Positions 51,466 through 53,767 of a stretch of DNA of 53,767 nt are shown in pieces; the stretch's first letter is position 1, and the number at the start of each line of letters is the position of its first letter. The translations under genes were made by a program, and so were the position numbers. This DNA comes from Octopus bimaculoides (lineage: Eukaryota). The stretch lies in contig NC_068989.1 in assembly GCF_001194135.2 (NCBI RefSeq), positions 64,657,865 through 64,711,631 on the forward strand. Reading direction: 5' to 3'. The notes under the pieces were generated by a model. The model saw nothing but the letters and a program-made list of their open reading frames with translations. It was not told where the DNA came from and ran no database searches.

Positions 51466-53326
51466 CAAATCTACTACATATACACATTATCCACTGGACA
51501 CCTCTGAAACACCTGAGATGCATAAGGGATATGATGCTCTTAATATATTTGACGATAGTAAGGTATGAAGAATTGCAAGAACTTGATAAATTATTAGAAA
51601 AGGTGTACACGCGCGTGCTCAGAAAAATTCCTATGAAATTTAAACTGTTATTGCGCTTCACAAAATATGCACATTAAGGTTATTTATTTTAAGCATGGTT
51701 TTGCTGGTATCATGTCTATATATTTCTCTGTTTCTCGCGTTATTAACCCTAGTGCGCCTATTATAAATATCAGGTTTTTGTAGTGGTTTGCAACCTACAC
51801 ATTTTTGCAATTTCCATATCATGGTCTTTGTATTTAGTATTTCATTGAGTTTATTGTTATTATTTCATTTGTGCACAACAGATTAGACTATTGGAAAATA
51901 TTTCATAACATCGATCTACATCAAGTAACCTCATACTAAATATCCTAGCAGTCCCTTGTAATACGGTTTTCTGAAGCTGCACTAAACTAGGTTTTATGCC
52001 TACTTCCTCTATACATCTGTTCAAATCTTTAGGAATAATTCCTAACGCACCTATAACTACGGGGATACATTTTATTCACCACACTTTCCATAGCCTCTGT
52101 AATTCCATGCATAGGTCCTGATACTTTGCTATTTTTTCTATACTTCTCATATTGACTCATATTATTTAGAACTGTAAAGTGTGTGTGTGTCTTTTTCTGT
52201 GTCTGTGTGTGAATGTGTGTTTGTATGTGTGTATTTATATATAGAAATAATAGGACTTCTGTATGCCAGAATGAATAAGACATCCTATGTGTTTTAATGT
52301 AACATTCATATTTTTTAAACACTTATCTCGAAGAATTTAATTAGTATTAACCTGTTAATGTGACTGCATGGAAATTCATGTGTCTTCCAGTTACCTGTTA
52401 TATTACGTATTGTAAAAGAAAAATATCTGAAAAAGTTTGAGAATATTATACAAGAGTAGTTGTTTGTGAATCAAATCTTACATACCATCGTTAATTTCAT
52501 TTCTACGTTTACATTGTAGTCTAGGTCGCTTTTGTCTTATGAAGCGTAACGTTTCATCTTCGACTTTTCCTTTTGTTTTAATTTGGGCCAAAGTTCCCTG
52601 CAGACAAAGAAAAATATATATGTGAATATGAAGTAAGTGCATACACAGATACGTACAAGCAAACATACGCACATACATGTATATATGCACAATCACACGT
52701 ACACACTTGTATGTAAAAGTATGTGTTTCTGTCAGCTATCTGATTTGAACGGTCAGCTGGCTACCACGACTGATGGATGTTATCAGACAACGCCTTTATC
52801 ATGAAACCATGAGTATGAGCCTCGGTACACGGGTTGCAACTTGCATAATATATGACATAGACCAATAGAATCCTCTCAATCTCATTAAAGACGTTGGTAA
52901 TATCGCCCAAGGAACTGTGATTGCGTCTGCTTATATTTATAATATTTATAAATGAGATTTCAAGCGTCAAGAGAGCACAGTAAAATATAAATATTTGCAG
53001 ATGATTTCAAGACTCATTATCAAGGAAAAAGAAAACTGAACAAAACTTTCATTTGATCCATAAGCTGTAGTCAAAAGGAGGACAAAAACATTGTGCTAAA
53101 TGAAGTAAAAAATTGAAGTCATGAGTTTTGGAAAATAAAACTTACTCAAACAACCATACTGTTCTGATTCAGAAGAACCGCTCATAGAATCGAAATAAAA
53201 GAATCCGATTTAGATAAAACATATAGCTTACAACTTATATTCAGTAATTTCCATTCATTCGTTGTCAAACATTAACACGCACGCACACGCACGCACACAC
53301 ACAAACACACTCATATACATATATAC

Positions 53327-53408
<82 letters not shown>

Positions 53409-53767
53409 TGTGGGTACAAATGTATAATTTCATTGGATGGCAACAACCTCAGCATGGTCACAATCTAATGACTGGAACAAAGTCAATTTACATATATACG
53501 TATATACATGCATGTATGCCTGTATACATGTGTGTGTACGTACGCGCCGCGTGTGAGCGTGTGAGTACGAGTATGTGTGTATGTGTGTGTGACTTCATAT
53601 ATCGATTATAGTTCTATAAAGAGTGTATTACCATATAAGTCTTATTATATGAATCAAATGCTCCTCTGCATTTCCCAAAGCCTCGATATGATCACGTAAA
53701 TTAATCTAAACAACCCCTACATTTGAAAACCTTCTTAACCATAATATTCCTCAGAGGGATAAACTCA

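Noticed and set aside
36-53611. Most ORF-track entries (YIYI, CVCV, HTHT, ERER, NNNN, LLLL, X-runs)
   Set aside because: They are translations of microsatellites or N gaps, not genes.
1-53767. CRISPR arrays, rRNA, operons, prokaryotic systems
   Set aside because: None seen; the sequence is eukaryotic intronic and repeat DNA.

Overview
AT-rich eukaryotic DNA, dense in microsatellites and SINEs, with many short N gaps beside TA/GA/CA repeats. The repeat repertoire strongly suggests an octopus (coleoid cephalopod) genome; this is inference from recalled repeat families. Most of the window looks intronic. Three minus-strand exons (27259-27174, 26346-26137, 9862-9376) have canonical splice sites and compatible phases. 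They join into one open frame, NNSLKELQMADTIEVLKDKPRSLCFVTNG-RTASRQ...[16 protein letters not shown]...LDFEIHHYPEKGNIQSLNDIDVRLENIN, from a gene I cannot name. Mobile elements include at least four tRNA-derived SINE families, a deleted DD37D (maT-type) Tc1/mariner, several MITEs, and a cluster of R4/Dong-like non-LTR fragments in TAA microsatellites (30.8-34.2 kb). The best leads are: (1) a minus-strand pri-miRNA-like hairpin at 40794-40870 whose basal UG and flanking CNNC motifs agree on one Drosha register; (2) a 485-bp chimeric retro-insertion (CpG-rich unique segment plus SINE) bounded by a 15-bp target-site duplication inside the Dong fragment; (3) a probable internally deleted Dong derivative with a 191-bp tandemly duplicated leader; (4) a tRNA-headed SINE carrying a minimal Penelope-type hammerhead ribozyme. 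Nearly all ORF-track entries are microsatellite or N-gap artefacts. All alignments and folds were done by eye, without database searches.
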